Part shown: positions 19,749-29,971 of the stretch, in pieces | How the letters are laid out: each line of letters begins with the position of its first letter | How positions within the stretch are numbered: position 1 is the stretch's first letter | Source: an uncultured bacterium | GTDB taxonomy: Bacteria; Verrucomicrobiota; Verrucomicrobiia; Verrucomicrobiales; DEV007 | Reading direction: 5' to 3' | Assembly (NCBI GenBank): GCA_963977015.1 | Contig: CAXBMO010000013.1 | Location: 32,001-96,000 of the forward strand | DNA length: 64,000 bases | Program-made: the position numbers and the translations under genes | Notes under the pieces: generated by a model | The model's database searches: none | What the model was told of the DNA's origin: nothing | The model's input: only the letters and a program-made list of their open reading frames with translations

Positions 19749-20786
19749 TTACTCGGTCGAAACAGTTCGTGTCATTGAAGCACGGATCGGCACTTGGGGC
19801 CAAGCATAGGAAAGAATGAGCAGCAACATGCCGATGACCAAAGGAATCGCGTAGCGTTCAATAGGGATTCGGGCCGCATCGGCCTCAAGCTGCTGGGCTT
19901 CGAGTTTGCGAAGCGCCTGGCGAACCACGTCACTGACTGATGATTGGCTTCCCATGTTGAGATAAACGCCGTCTGTCATATCAGCAAGTTGGCGCAGGGC
20001 GACGGGATCCAGCCGCGAGCGGACAATGTTTCCGGCCTCATCTTTGATGAACACGCCGGGTTGCTTGGCAAGCGGATCCGGAATGATTCCGCCACTCTCT
20101 GTTCCGACACCGACCGCCACAATCAGGAGTGTGGAACTGGAAGCGCCCTCTTGAAGCTCCTGCAGCTGTTGTTGCCCCTCCAGATCTTCGCCATCACTGA
20201 AAATAACCAGAGCGGCGAGAGTCGCCTCGGCCTCTTTCATGGTTTCCAGCGCCAGGACAGCTGGTTCGATCAGATTCGTGCCGCCTCTCGTGACGACTTC
20301 GGTATCCATTTGTTCGATCGACTCCAAGACGGCTTCGTGATCCACAGTGAGGGGGGCTTGGGCAAACGCTCTCCCTGCAAAGGCAATGAGCCCGATCCGA
20401 TCCGTGGGAAGGTTCCTGACAAGATCCTGAGCCGCCAATTTGGCCCGGGTCAGCCGGTTAGGTTGCAGATCTTCGGCTAACATGCTGTTGGAAGTGTCGA
20501 TCGCGATGATGACGTTTCTTCCTTTGGTGAGGGATTCGACTTCGCGAAATCCCCATTGTGGGCGAGCCGCTGCCGTGACAAGCAGGGCAATGGCCAGCAA
20601 TTGGAGGCCATAGGCAATCCAGTCAGCTGGAGCCGGCGTCTTGTGAACGAGTACTGGTTGCAGCCGTTTGGCCGTAAAGGCATTCACGCCTCTCGAGCTT
20701 CGGGTACGCGACCATACCTTTAGCCCGACCAGAAAAGGAAGGACCAGAAGTAGAATGAACCATTGGGGCGAGGCAAAGTCGATCAT
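19749..20786 (-). CDS. batB: BatB-like VWA domain membrane protein
   Basis: AARPQWG, DTSNSM, PNRLTRAK, DRIGLIAFAG, FSDGED. Confidence 0.88.
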   Translation of the reverse strand: MIDFASPQWFILLLVLPFLVGLKVWSRTRSSRGVNAFTAKRLQPVLVHKTPAPADWIAYGLQLLAIALLVTAAARPQWGFREVESLTKGRNVIIAIDTSNSMLAEDLQPNRLTRAKLAAQDLVRNLPTDRIGLIAFAGRAFAQAPLTVDHEAVLESIEQMDTEVVTRGGTNLIEPAVLALETMKEAEATLAALVIFSDGEDLEGQQQLQELQEGASSSTLLIVAVGVGTESGGIIPDPLAKQPGVFIKDEAGNIVRSRLDPVALRQLADMTDGVYLNMGSQSSVSDVVRQALRKLEAQQLEADAARIPIERYAIPLVIGMLLLILSYAWPQVPIRASMTRTVSTE

Positions 20787-20868
20787 AGGCGACCTGTCAG
20801 GAATTTCGCTGGGAGAGCGCGATTCGCCAGCGAATTCATCAGGTGCAGGCAGAATTCTGGCGATCGAG

Positions 20869-21330
20869 TCAGGCGATGGCCGGAAAAGGCTGCTTTTTGC
20901 GGCGGCGTGGTGCTCTTTTTCGGGAGGCTTTTTCCAATTGGGCGTCCATTGCTTCCAAAAGGTGGTTCAGAGCAAACGGTTTTGACAAACGTGGAACTCT
21001 CTTCACAAACCCAAGCCCGACAGCGGACGTATCCTCACCGTCTTGGTTGATGATGCCTGAAATGATAACGATGGGGATTCGCTTCAGATTCTCATCGCGT
21101 TGAAACAGAAAATAGAGATCGGGGCCGGAAAGCCGATCCATCATGACGTCGAGAATCATGAGATCCGGTCGAAACCGAAGAGCGGTGGTTCTGGCTAGCT
21201 GCGAATGATTTTCGACTTCGATCTCGAAGGGGCGACTTCGAGAAATGGTTACCGCCAAGGATTCGGCAAAGTCAGCGTCGTCATCAATAATCAGGATTCG
21301 TTTGGTTTCGCAAGTTGGGGAGTTCGTCAT
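20869..21330 (-). CDS. Single-domain response regulator (receiver)
   Basis: ILIIDDD, LDVMM (phospho-Asp), ISG, KPF; basic C-terminal tail. Confidence 0.88.
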   Translation of the reverse strand: MTNSPTCETKRILIIDDDADFAESLAVTISRSRPFEIEVENHSQLARTTALRFRPDLMILDVMMDRLSGPDLYFLFQRDENLKRIPIVIISGIINQDGEDTSAVGLGFVKRVPRLSKPFALNHLLEAMDAQLEKASRKRAPRRRKKQPFPAIA

Positions 21331-21519
21331 AAGTAGGTCAAGGAGGTTGCAGACGATGAGCGCCTTATGAGTGCCGGTTTTCGAAGGACTGCGAAGTAAC
21401 CATCGATCATAGTTGAGACTGAGGCCTGCGAGTAACCATTCATCTTGTCTGATGATGGAAATCCAGACGCGTGGAGAGCTTGCATCGACATCTTTCCTAG
21501 ACTATTCGTCCGGCGTTTT

Positions 21520-22473
21520 ATGAAATTCGGTTCTTTCTGGATAGCCGTTGTGTTTTCCCTGCAGTCCATCGTCAGTGGAGAGCCCGCGCGGTCTGCATTT
21601 TGGATTGACCTTCTGTCCGCTGAACCGGTGGAGGAAGAGGAGGATATGTGGAATGATCTCCGGGAGTCCGACACGATCTTTATCGGGGAAACGCATCGAC
21701 TGAATCGGCATCATCGCATGCAGGTCGCGATTCTTCGTGAGATCGCGAAAAGCGATCGACCCATCGCGCTCGGATTGGAACAAATCGAGGCACGCGATCA
21801 GTCTGAGGTTGACCGGTTCAACCGAGGCGAAATCTCGTTTGAGCAATTGGCAGAAGCAATTGAGTGGAAGAAGCAATGGCGGAATTACATGGATTACCGT
21901 GAGCTCGTAGAGACGGCGCGGGAGGAGGGGATTGCTGTGTTTGGGCTGAATGCGCCGCTCGAAGTCGTTCGTCAGGTGAGTCAAATCGGAATCGATGAGT
22001 TGGATCCATCAAGTCGAGCTCTGTTGCCGGAAAAGATTCAGACCGAAGATCCGATTTACGAAAAACTCATGAATCATGCCTTGAGTGTCCACTCTGCGTT
22101 TGACCCCGATTTTCTGCGCAACGTGTTCGAAGCTCAGGTTTCTCGAGACGAGCATATGGCGGAAAGCATCGTTGCTGCGATGGCGACGTTGGAGGAAAAG
22201 GGGAAGCCGATTGGCGTGGTTGTTGCCGGCTCAGGGCACATTCAATTTGGTTTGGGCACACCGGATCGGGTACGTTCGCGGCTACCGGAAGCAAGAGAGA
22301 GGATTATTTTGATGACGGAAAGCGGCGACCTTGAACTAACGCCTCAAGAGGAGGCGATGCGCCGGGCCGTTACCATTACTCACCAAGACCTCCACTTTAT
22401 TCGCCGGCCTGCGGGAGATTACCTCTACGCCAAGGAGCGCAAGGCATCTTCTGACAAGCCAGGCACCCCGTAG
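21520..22473 (+). CDS. ChaN/PhuW-family (EreA/ChaN-like) exported protein
   Basis: Signal peptide from ATG 21520; FIGETH...HH, LGLEQ, AQVSRDEHMA, AGSGHIQFG. Confidence 0.8.
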   Translation: MKFGSFWIAVVFSLQSIVSGEPARSAFWIDLLSAEPVEEEEDMWNDLRESDTIFIGETHRLNRHHRMQVAILREIAKSDRPIALGLEQIEARDQSEVDRFNRGEISFEQLAEAIEWKKQWRNYMDYRELVETAREEGIAVFGLNAPLEVVRQVSQIGIDELDPSSRALLPEKIQTEDPIYEKLMNHALSVHSAFDPDFLRNVFEAQVSRDEHMAESIVAAMATLEEKGKPIGVVVAGSGHIQFGLGTPDRVRSRLPEARERIILMTESGDLELTPQEEAMRRAVTITHQDLHFIRRPAGDYLYAKERKASSDKPGTP

Positions 22474-22506
22474 CTCAAGCTCTAACCAATCGACTAACAT
22501 CTTTTT

Positions 22507-25005
22507 ATGACATCGAAAACTGAAACGTCCTCCCAGAGCGGAAATGGATTTAAATTTAATGTGGATCATACCGTTGGCGGGATGAAGAGATCGATCGTGA
22601 ACCATTTGCGGTACACGCTGGCGCACGATCCTGAGACTGCCTGCCGTTCGGATTGGTGGAATGCGGTTTGCCTTTCCGTTCGGGACCGTATTCTTGATCG
22701 AAGCAGTGAGACCCGAGTGACCCACCGGGAGGGAAATGTCAGACGCGTTTACTATCTTTCGATGGAATACCTCATGGGGCGCCTGCTGGAGAACAACCTC
22801 CGAAACACCGGACTTTGGGACGAAACGAAAGCGGCATTGGAAGAATTGGGCCGCGATCTGAACACCTTGGTGGATGAGGAGCCGGACATGGGGCTTGGCA
22901 ATGGTGGACTCGGTCGACTGGCCGCATGCTTTCTGGATTCATTGGCTACTCTTGATCTGCCAGCTGTGGGGTATGGAATTCACTATGAGTTTGGTCTCTT
23001 TCGCCAGGCGTTCGAGGACTTCAGTCAGGTCGAGCAACCCGATGAGTGGATTAAGTTCGGAAATCCGTGGGAGATCTGCCGTCCGGAATACTCGGTAGAG
23101 GTCAAACTGTATGGGAAAGTGGAGCAGGAGTTCGACACGTTGGGGCATGGAAAATGGGTTTGGAAGGATACGAAGTCACTTCTGGGAGTTCCGATGGACA
23201 TTCCAATCGCCGGTTATGGCCTTTCGACCGTTAACTTCCTTCGACTGTGGGAATCTCGTTCGAGCGAAAACTTCAACTTCAAGATCTTTGATGCGGGCGG
23301 ATATGTCGAAGCCGTGCGCGATAAAGTCGAGGGTGAGACGATCTCGAAAGTCCTTTATCCAAATGATTCGACGGCCCAGGGACGCGAACTCCGATTGGTT
23401 CAGGAATACTTCTTTGTCGCCTGTAGCCTGCAGGACATCCTCCGGCGCCACAAGCGTGATGGAAATGACTGGGAAAATCTTTCCTCCTTCGTCGCCATTC
23501 AATTGAACGACACGCATCCGGCTGTCGCCATTCCCGAGTTGATGCGCATCCTGATCGATGACGAAGGGATCACTTGGGAGGAGGCGTGGAAGATCTGTGA
23601 AAAGACCTTCAGCTACACGAATCACACCCTGCTTCCCGAAGCGTTGGAGCGATGGAGCGTGCCCTTGTTCGAGCATGTATTGCCCCGGCATCTTCAGATC
23701 ATTTACGAGATCAATCGCAAGTTTTTGACCGAAGTTGTCGAGAAGGAATGGCCCGGAGATGATGCCATGAAGGCCAAACTTTCCATCATTGAAGAGGCGC
23801 AGCCAAAAATGATTCGAATGGCGGCCTTGAGCGTGATTGGAAGCCACACCACCAACGGTGTTGCCGCTCTCCATACCCGACTTTTGAAGGAGCGCCTGTT
23901 TCCTGAATACGACAAACTCTATCCCAAGCGTTTTCAGAATAAGACGAACGGAATCACACCGCGCCGATGGCTCAAGGCGTGCAATCCGGAGCTCTCAAGT
24001 TTGATTGATGATTCGATTGGCAATGATTGGCCCACTAATCTTGAGAAACTCTCAGGCCTCGAAAAGTTTGCCGGAGATTCCGGATTCCAGGAGCAGTTCA
24101 TGGCGATCAAGCATCGTAACAAGCAGCGTTTGGCTGGAGTCATTCAGGAGCTTTGCGGCATTCAGGTTGATCCGGACGCGATGTTCGACGTGCAGATCAA
24201 GCGCTTGCACGAATACAAGCGCCAGCACCTGAACCTGCTTCACATTCTGGCGCTCTACCGTCGCTTGATCAATAATCCGGATCTCGACATCACGCCGAGG
24301 GTATTTGTCTTCGCGGCGAAAGCTGCTCCGGGTTACACCTTGGCCAAGCACATCATTCACTGCATCAATGCCGTTGCCCACAAGATCAATTGGGATGAAC
24401 GGGTGAAAGGGAAATTGAAAATCGCTTTTCTTCCCAATTACGGAGTCACGCTCGCCGAGCGAATCATCCCAGCGGCCGATTTGAGCGAGCAGATTTCAAC
24501 GGCGGGCAAAGAAGCCAGTGGCACAGGCAACATGAAACTGGCGTTGAATGGCGCCTTGACGATTGGAACGCTTGACGGAGCCAATGTTGAGATCGGTGAG
24601 GAAGTCGGAGATGAGAACATCTTCATCTTTGGAAAAACCGTTGAAGAAGTCCAGAAGCTCGTAGCAGGCGGCTACTCGTCGTTCGACTACTACTGGGAGA
24701 ATGAAGAACTGCGGGCGGTGATCGACTGGCTCGATTCCGATGCGTTCACGGATAACCGCGACGCAACTGGTGCCGTGAAGCGTAGTTTGGTGGAAAACGG
24801 GGATCCATTTCTTGTTCTCGCCGACTTTGATTCCTACGTGAACTGCCAGAAAGAGGTGGATCGGGAGTTCCGGAAGAAGGCGTCCTGGGCGAAAAAGGCG
24901 GTGCTGAATACGGCCCGGGTTGGAAAGTTTTCAAGCGATCGAACCATTCGACAATACGCGGAAGAGATCTGGAAATTGCCACCGGTTCGTGGTAACGCTC
25001 ACTAA
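22507..25005 (+). CDS. glgP: Glycogen/alpha-glucan phosphorylase
   Basis: [38 protein letters not shown] (PLP Lys). Confidence 0.97.
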   Translation: MTSKTETSSQSGNGFKFNVDHTVGGMKRSIVNHLRYTLAHDPETACRSDWWNAVCLSVRDRILDRSSETRVTHREGNVRRVYYLSMEYLMGRLLENNLRNTGLWDETKAALEELGRDLNTLVDEEPDMGLGNGGLGRLAACFLDSLATLDLPAVGYGIHYEFGLFRQAFEDFSQVEQPDEWIKFGNPWEICRPEYSVEVKLYGKVEQEFDTLGHGKWVWKDTKSLLGVPMDIPIAGYGLSTVNFLRLWESRSSENFNFKIFDAGGYVEAVRDKVEGETISKVLYPNDSTAQGRELRLVQEYFFVACSLQDILRRHKRDGNDWENLSSFVAIQLNDTHPAVAIPELMRILIDDEGITWEEAWKICEKTFSYTNHTLLPEALERWSVPLFEHVLPRHLQIIYEINRKFLTEVVEKEWPGDDAMKAKLSIIEEAQPKMIRMAALSVIGSHTTNGVAALHTRLLKERLFPEYDKLYPKRFQNKTNGITPRRWLKACNPELSSLIDDSIGNDWPTNLEKLSGLEKFAGDSGFQEQFMAIKHRNKQRLAGVIQELCGIQVDPDAMFDVQIKRLHEYKRQHLNLLHILALYRRLINNPDLDITPRVFVFAAKAAPGYTLAKHIIHCINAVAHKINWDERVKGKLKIAFLPNYGVTLAERIIPAADLSEQISTAGKEASGTGNMKLALNGALTIGTLDGANVEIGEEVGDENIFIFGKTVEEVQKLVAGGYSSFDYYWENEELRAVIDWLDSDAFTDNRDATGAVKRSLVENGDPFLVLADFDSYVNCQKEVDREFRKKASWAKKAVLNTARVGKFSSDRTIRQYAEEIWKLPPVRGNAH

Positions 25006-25025
25006 CCTTAGCCCCAAAAATCCCC

Positions 25026-25367
25026 ATGAAATCGACCGTTATCCGCATTACCTCAATTTCTGCGTTTCTGTTTCTCTTGTTGCCTGGAGTGATCGCTCAG
25101 GATGAGCAGGGCGAAGGATTGAGTAGCCTGCTCGATTCTCTCAAAGACAGCGTCAAGGACCTGGATATGGGAGAGGGAATGAAGGACCTGCCCAAGCAGT
25201 TCAGTCAATTGAAGCAGAACTATGCTGAACAGACGGCAGCCATGGAAGAGATGAAGACCCAGATCGCAATGTTGAAAGCTGAAATGCAACTTCTGAAGAA
25301 GGAAGTGGCCCTTCTCAAAGGGGAAAAACCCGAGGATGTGGTGCAGGACGTCACAACAGAAGAATAA
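25026..25367 (+). CDS. Hypothetical secreted coiled-coil protein
   Basis: Signal peptide, heptad-like C-terminal half; stop overlaps hemB start (TAATG). Confidence 0.65.
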   Translation: MKSTVIRITSISAFLFLLLPGVIAQDEQGEGLSSLLDSLKDSVKDLDMGEGMKDLPKQFSQLKQNYAEQTAAMEEMKTQIAMLKAEMQLLKKEVALLKGEKPEDVVQDVTTEE

Positions 25368-26350
25368 TGCCACTCGATTACCTTCCTTCTCGACCGCGGC
25401 GCAATCGGAAGAGCCCTTCTATTCGTGGATTGATTCGCGAAACAAGTTTGTCAGCGAGTGATCTGATTCTCCCGCTTTTTGTTCAGGACGGGAGCACGGA
25501 CGAGCCGATTGATTCCATGCCGGGTTGCTTCCGGTGGAGTTTGGACGGTCTTTTGGGGGAAGTGGAGTCGGCGCATGAACTTGGAATTCATGCCGTTGTC
25601 CTGTTTCCTGCGATTCCAGACCGTTTGAAGAATTCAACGGCTGACGAATCCTGGAATCCCGAAGGCTTGATCCCGACGGTCATTTCCGCGATCAAGACGA
25701 GGTTTCCTGATGTTGCGGTGATTACGGACGTTGCGCTCGATCCTTACAACAGCGATGGGCATGATGGAGTCGTTTCCCAGGACGGAAGGATTCTGAACGA
25801 CGAAACCGTGGAAATCCTGTGCCGCCAAGCCATGTGCCATGCAGATGCAGGGGCGGATATCGTAGCGCCAAGTGACATGATGGACGGGCGAATTGGGGCC
25901 ATTCGGGCGGCTCTCGATGAGGGGAATCATCAGGAAGTATCGATTCTGAGCTATACGGCCAAGTATGCGAGCGCCTACTACGGTCCGTTTCGCGGTGCCT
26001 TGGATTCTGCCCCCAAATCGGGTGACAAAAAGACCTATCAGATGGACCCCGCGAACGCTCGTGAAGCACTTCGGGAAGCGATGCTGGACGAGTCTGAAGG
26101 TGCCGATATGATGATGGTCAAGCCGGCTGGCCCCTATTTGGACATCATCGCAAAACTAAGGGCAGAGGTCGATCTACCAATCGCTGCGTATCAAGTCAGT
26201 GGAGAGTATCTGATGATCAAATCGGCGGCTCAGGCAGGCTGGATCGACGAAGACAAGGTGGTTGCTGAGTCGCTGATGGGAATCAAGCGTGCCGGTGCTG
26301 ACATGATCCTTACCTATTTTGCGAAAGAATACGCAAAGCGAAAGGTTTGA
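25367..26350 (+). CDS. hemB: Porphobilinogen synthase (Asp-rich, non-zinc active-site type)
   Basis: RPRRNR, DVALDPYNSDGHDG (Asp in place of the Zn-binding Cys), APSDMMDGR, YGPFR, MVKPA, AYQVSGEY. Confidence 0.96.
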   Translation: MPLDYLPSRPRRNRKSPSIRGLIRETSLSASDLILPLFVQDGSTDEPIDSMPGCFRWSLDGLLGEVESAHELGIHAVVLFPAIPDRLKNSTADESWNPEGLIPTVISAIKTRFPDVAVITDVALDPYNSDGHDGVVSQDGRILNDETVEILCRQAMCHADAGADIVAPSDMMDGRIGAIRAALDEGNHQEVSILSYTAKYASAYYGPFRGALDSAPKSGDKKTYQMDPANAREALREAMLDESEGADMMMVKPAGPYLDIIAKLRAEVDLPIAAYQVSGEYLMIKSAAQAGWIDEDKVVAESLMGIKRAGADMILTYFAKEYAKRKV

Positions 26351-26387
26351 AAAGTCTGGATAATATGGTAAATATGGCGCGTTCCTT

Positions 26388-27569
26388 ATGCGCGCTCACC
26401 ATCTCTTCTACCTAGCTGCCGTTACTGGCTTGTCTGTAGCATTGGCGACGCTGCAACGTTGGGAACCGGAGGCCGCGGCATCTTTGGATCCCGATGATTT
26501 TCTGCTGAACGCGGTGCTGTCAGCAAACTTGATTCGTTCACAAGCGGATCTCAAGCCGCTCGCAACGAGCAAGCACCTCCAGGAATCGATTCGGTCGTTC
26601 GCTGAAACGAACACCAGTCTCGGGGAAAATGCGTTACATTCGGTCTTCTCCCATGTTGAGAAGAGCCTACCTCAGGTTCACGAGCTTTCAGCCAACCTCG
26701 TCTACGCGAAGGAGAAGGAACAGTTGATCGCAGAACTGTCAAAATGGAAGGATCTGAGTTACGAAAACCATTCCCACTATGCAGTTTGGGTGTTTCGGGA
26801 CGATTCCAAGCGGCGATTGGGCTGTCTTGCTATGCTCGCCCGTCAATTGCCGGGTTTTGAAGTTCCCATGGATGCAAATGTATCGGGGGCTTACTACGCC
26901 ACCTGCAAACTTTGTGGTAAAGGCCATGGAATTTCCCTGAGCAACCAGGGCCAAAACACGCTGATCATCACCTGCCCCAACTGCAGGAAGCCTTACGATA
27001 TCATTGCATCGGACTCGAATGGTCAGTGGCGTCGGGCAAATCAGTTTTTCACCGGAATTCGCTCTGAGACCATTCAAAAAGGCGCCGAACCCATGGAGCA
27101 AGTCATGGCGATTTGGAAGGAAGTTTCGAACAAGTGCCGGTATCAATATGATGCAAAACGCATTTCAGGGAGCGATTCCTGGGAAAGTCCCATCGATACC
27201 TATCGCGTTGGTTCAGGTGATTGCGAGGACACATCGCTACTTCTGGTCGATTTACTGACTGGTTATGGGCTGGATGCGCGGGTTGCTCTGGGGAAGCACG
27301 GAGGGGAGGGCCATGCTTGGTGTGTCGTAAATATCGACGGACAGCAATACATCCTGGAATCCACCCGACAGAACGTGGACAAACTCGCGGAGCCGCCATC
27401 CATGGATGACATTGGTTTGGAATACCAGCCCGATTACCTTTTTGATCGCGAAGCCATCTATTTCAAAAGCCAATCGGGCTGGACCTGCAATTACTGGTCC
27501 GAGCAAAATTGGACCCGCGTCGATCATGGCGAACGGAACGCGGTGAATGTCGCGTCATTGACCGATTGA
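26388..27569 (+). CDS. Exported transglutaminase-like cysteine peptidase with CxxC zinc ribbon
   Basis: N-terminal hydrophobic segment, CKLC...CPNC, GDCED, GHAWC, ILES (Cys-His-acid triad). Confidence 0.75.
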   Translation: MRAHHLFYLAAVTGLSVALATLQRWEPEAAASLDPDDFLLNAVLSANLIRSQADLKPLATSKHLQESIRSFAETNTSLGENALHSVFSHVEKSLPQVHELSANLVYAKEKEQLIAELSKWKDLSYENHSHYAVWVFRDDSKRRLGCLAMLARQLPGFEVPMDANVSGAYYATCKLCGKGHGISLSNQGQNTLIITCPNCRKPYDIIASDSNGQWRRANQFFTGIRSETIQKGAEPMEQVMAIWKEVSNKCRYQYDAKRISGSDSWESPIDTYRVGSGDCEDTSLLLVDLLTGYGLDARVALGKHGGEGHAWCVVNIDGQQYILESTRQNVDKLAEPPSMDDIGLEYQPDYLFDREAIYFKSQSGWTCNYWSEQNWTRVDHGERNAVNVASLTD

Positions 27570-27861
27570 TTGATAAACGCTCATCGAGACAAGTCTCGAA
27601 TGCGGAACGTTTGCCAAGACTCATTCGGAGTTTGTATCAGCGGTTTGGTTGCGGAAGGTGCACACGCTTCAGGTTGAGCCGATTCAGAAGGACCTTTACC
27701 CGGTGAATTTCCCTCTGATTTTGGGAAGAGTGTAGGGGGACAGTTAAATTGGGAGGGCGAGACTTGCAGGCGCAACCGGTTGCCTCTAAGCTAGTGAAGC
27801 GTGATTTTTCTCACTTTTGCTGCCAAAAATCGTATTTCACTCTTGGTCATGGCCTTTCGGG

Positions 27862-28026
27862 TTCTCCAGTGTGTCGGAATGCGTTGTGCGGCCTTGCCGA
27901 AGGAAAGCAGAGATCGACAGGAACCGGTTCAGCCAGAAGCACGGGAGAAGCGAAGTCTCCCCTTTCCGGCGCGGTTCCCTTTTGTCTGCTTTGCCGTGGA
28001 ATTCATGCTCCGAATTGGTTGGAGAC
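27862..28026. ncRNA. Candidate structured non-coding RNA or leader (long interrupted hairpin)
   Basis: Nested pairs: 27863-68/28020-25, 27874-78/28009-13, 27889-92/27993-96, 27904-11/27985-92, 27920-26/27972-78, 27943-48/27956-61. Confidence 0.4.
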
Positions 28027-28209
28027 CTCATTTCCAACCTTTCCAACATCAAATTGCGAGGAATAACGGACTCAACTGCTTATCAAGCCAACTCGATCCA
28101 GGGGAAAACTTGCCGACGGCTTGGCTGAATTTTGGTCAATTCAGCCCCGAAGCAGCCACCAGTCAATTCCGGCGCGATACAAACGAAACAAACTCGAATA
28201 GTAAACGTA

Positions 28210-28944
28210 ATGTCGACAGCATCAGCTTCATCGAAAGAAGGTTCATCAAACCGCAACCGGAACAACCGCCGCCGAAATCGCAGCCAGGGAAATGGTCGCA
28301 GCGGGGGAAACCGAAATTATAATCAACAGTCCCGCAACGGCGGAGGAGGCCAAAGACGCAATCGCCGTCGCAGATCTCAGCCACCCAAGCCAAAGACATT
28401 TGGTGAGAAGGTTTCCGCCTTTTTCAAAAAGCTCTTGGGGATTGAGTCCAAGCCGAAATTGGGTCGTCAGCCCCAAAAGCGAGACGCCGGGAAAGCGAGC
28501 GAAAAGCGCTCTCAGCCTGAGAAATCCGAGCGGAAGCCGCAGCAACGCAAGGCTTCAGACAAGCCGAAACGCACACCAGTTCCCGTCGAGATCACCAGCG
28601 AACGCTTGTATGTTGGCAACCTGAATTACGAAGTCACGGAAGGCGATCTCTTTGATCTCTTTAGCGGAGCCGGCAAGGTGCAGAATGCGGAAGTGGTATG
28701 TCATCGGCACACACAGCGCAGCAAAGGCTATGCTTTCGTGGAAATGACGACAATCGATGAAGCACGTCGCGCCGCAGAGAAATTGCATGATCAGGACTTC
28801 ATGGGACGCAAGTTGGCCGTAACGGGAGCCAAGAGCGGTGGTCCAAAGGGGAAGGCAGCAGAAGCTGATGACATCGAGAAAACTTCTGAGGATCAGTCAG
28901 CAGACGTTGATACCAAGTCAACCGACGAGCAGGAAGCCGCCTAG
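28210..28944 (+). CDS. RRM RNA-binding protein with long Arg/Asn/Gly-rich disordered N-terminus
   Basis: RNP2 LYVGNL, RNP1 KGYAFVEM; ATG 28210 preferred. Confidence 0.9.
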   Translation: MSTASASSKEGSSNRNRNNRRRNRSQGNGRSGGNRNYNQQSRNGGGGQRRNRRRRSQPPKPKTFGEKVSAFFKKLLGIESKPKLGRQPQKRDAGKASEKRSQPEKSERKPQQRKASDKPKRTPVPVEITSERLYVGNLNYEVTEGDLFDLFSGAGKVQNAEVVCHRHTQRSKGYAFVEMTTIDEARRAAEKLHDQDFMGRKLAVTGAKSGGPKGKAAEADDIEKTSEDQSADVDTKSTDEQEAA

Positions 28945-28967
28945 GCAGCTTTTCGTGAATTTTTGCG

Positions 28968-29002
28968 GGCCGTTCGGGAATGTCCCGAGCGGCCTTTTTT
29001 TT
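28968..29002 (+). terminator. Intrinsic terminator after RRM gene
   Basis: GGCCGTTCGGGA-ATG-TCCCGAGCGGCC stem followed by T8. Confidence 0.8.
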
Positions 29003-29007
29003 AGAGC

Positions 29008-29895
29008 ATGAACACGTTCTATCTCGTTGGGCCAACGGGATCCGGCAAGAGCAGCATCGCCCTGAGCTTGGCGGATTTGGTTGGGGGAGAAATTGTCAAT
29101 GCGGATGCGTTTCAGCTTTATAGCGGGCTGTCAGTGCTTACTGCCCGGCCATCCACAGAGGATGAAGAGCGTGTGCCACACCATTTGTATGGCGTATTGA
29201 ATCCAAACGAAGTCTGTCATGCGGGCCGATATTTGGAGATGGCTGAAGTCTCTTTGGAGGAAATCCATGCGCGGGGAAAAACGGCCATCGTCGTTGGCGG
29301 AAGTGGCCTCTATGTAAAGGCGCTTACCCACGGGTTGAACGACATGCCGGAAACGGATCCAGAAATTCGGGAGTCTTTGGATCGGTTGAGTCTGGAAGAA
29401 CTGCACGCAAAACTGGTGGAACTGGATCCCGTCTCATCAGCGGCCATTGAGCCCAACAACCGTCGGTATGTTCAGAGAGCCATTGAAATAAGTCTCTCAT
29501 CAGGACTGCCGGCCAGCGAACTCCGGAAAGCGTGGGAATCAGATTCTCAAGATCTGCGGGGAGTGACAATCGCAAGGGAACGAGAGATTCTGTATCGCCG
29601 AATTGATGAGCGGACGATTGAAATGTTTGCGGCTGGAGCCGTGGAGGAAGTGGCTTCGATTCCACATTTTTCTGAAACCGCGGAAAAGGCCATTGGGGTG
29701 AACCAAATCCGGAGTCTTCTTCAAGGGGAGACCGACAAAGAGGCATGTATTGCCGAGATCCAAAAGGCATCACGCCGCTATGCGAAGCGACAACTGACCT
29801 GGTTTCGGCGGGAAAAATGGCTCTTCGAATGGAACGTCGACAGTTTCAACCGTTCCCATGATGTTGCCTTGCGAATTCAGAAAGAGTTTTTCTGA
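29008..29895 (+). CDS. miaA: tRNA dimethylallyltransferase
   Basis: GPTGSGKS, NADAFQLY, VPHHLYG, VGGSGLY, AIG, RYAKRQLTWF. Confidence 0.95.
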   Translation: MNTFYLVGPTGSGKSSIALSLADLVGGEIVNADAFQLYSGLSVLTARPSTEDEERVPHHLYGVLNPNEVCHAGRYLEMAEVSLEEIHARGKTAIVVGGSGLYVKALTHGLNDMPETDPEIRESLDRLSLEELHAKLVELDPVSSAAIEPNNRRYVQRAIEISLSSGLPASELRKAWESDSQDLRGVTIAREREILYRRIDERTIEMFAAGAVEEVASIPHFSETAEKAIGVNQIRSLLQGETDKEACIAEIQKASRRYAKRQLTWFRREKWLFEWNVDSFNRSHDVALRIQKEFF

Positions 29896-29910
29896 GTTGA
29901 GGGGGGACGC

Positions 29911-29945
29911 AAAAAAATCGCGGATCGTTAGACGAAACCGCGATT
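29911..29945 (-). terminator. Intrinsic terminator for the minus-strand genes
   Basis: AATCGCGG...CCGCGATT inverted repeat with an A7 run on its left (T7 on the minus strand). Confidence 0.65.
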
Positions 29946-29971
29946 CTGGAAAGTTGAGGAGGTTCGAGTGA

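Noticed and set aside
19734-19803. Possible frameshift splitting a fused BatB-TPR gene
   Set aside because: No slippery sequence seen; GTG 19734 gives BatC its own plausible signal peptide. A sequencing indel cannot be fully excluded
20805-20834. Inverted repeat TTCGCTGG/CCAGCGAA upstream of batB
   Set aside because: Single short hairpin with no T-tract and no second copy noticed; function unsupported
27801-28322. ORFs 27801..28322, 27749..28066 and 27817..28128
   Set aside because: Mutually overlapping, atypical composition, non-ATG starts; region better explained as non-coding
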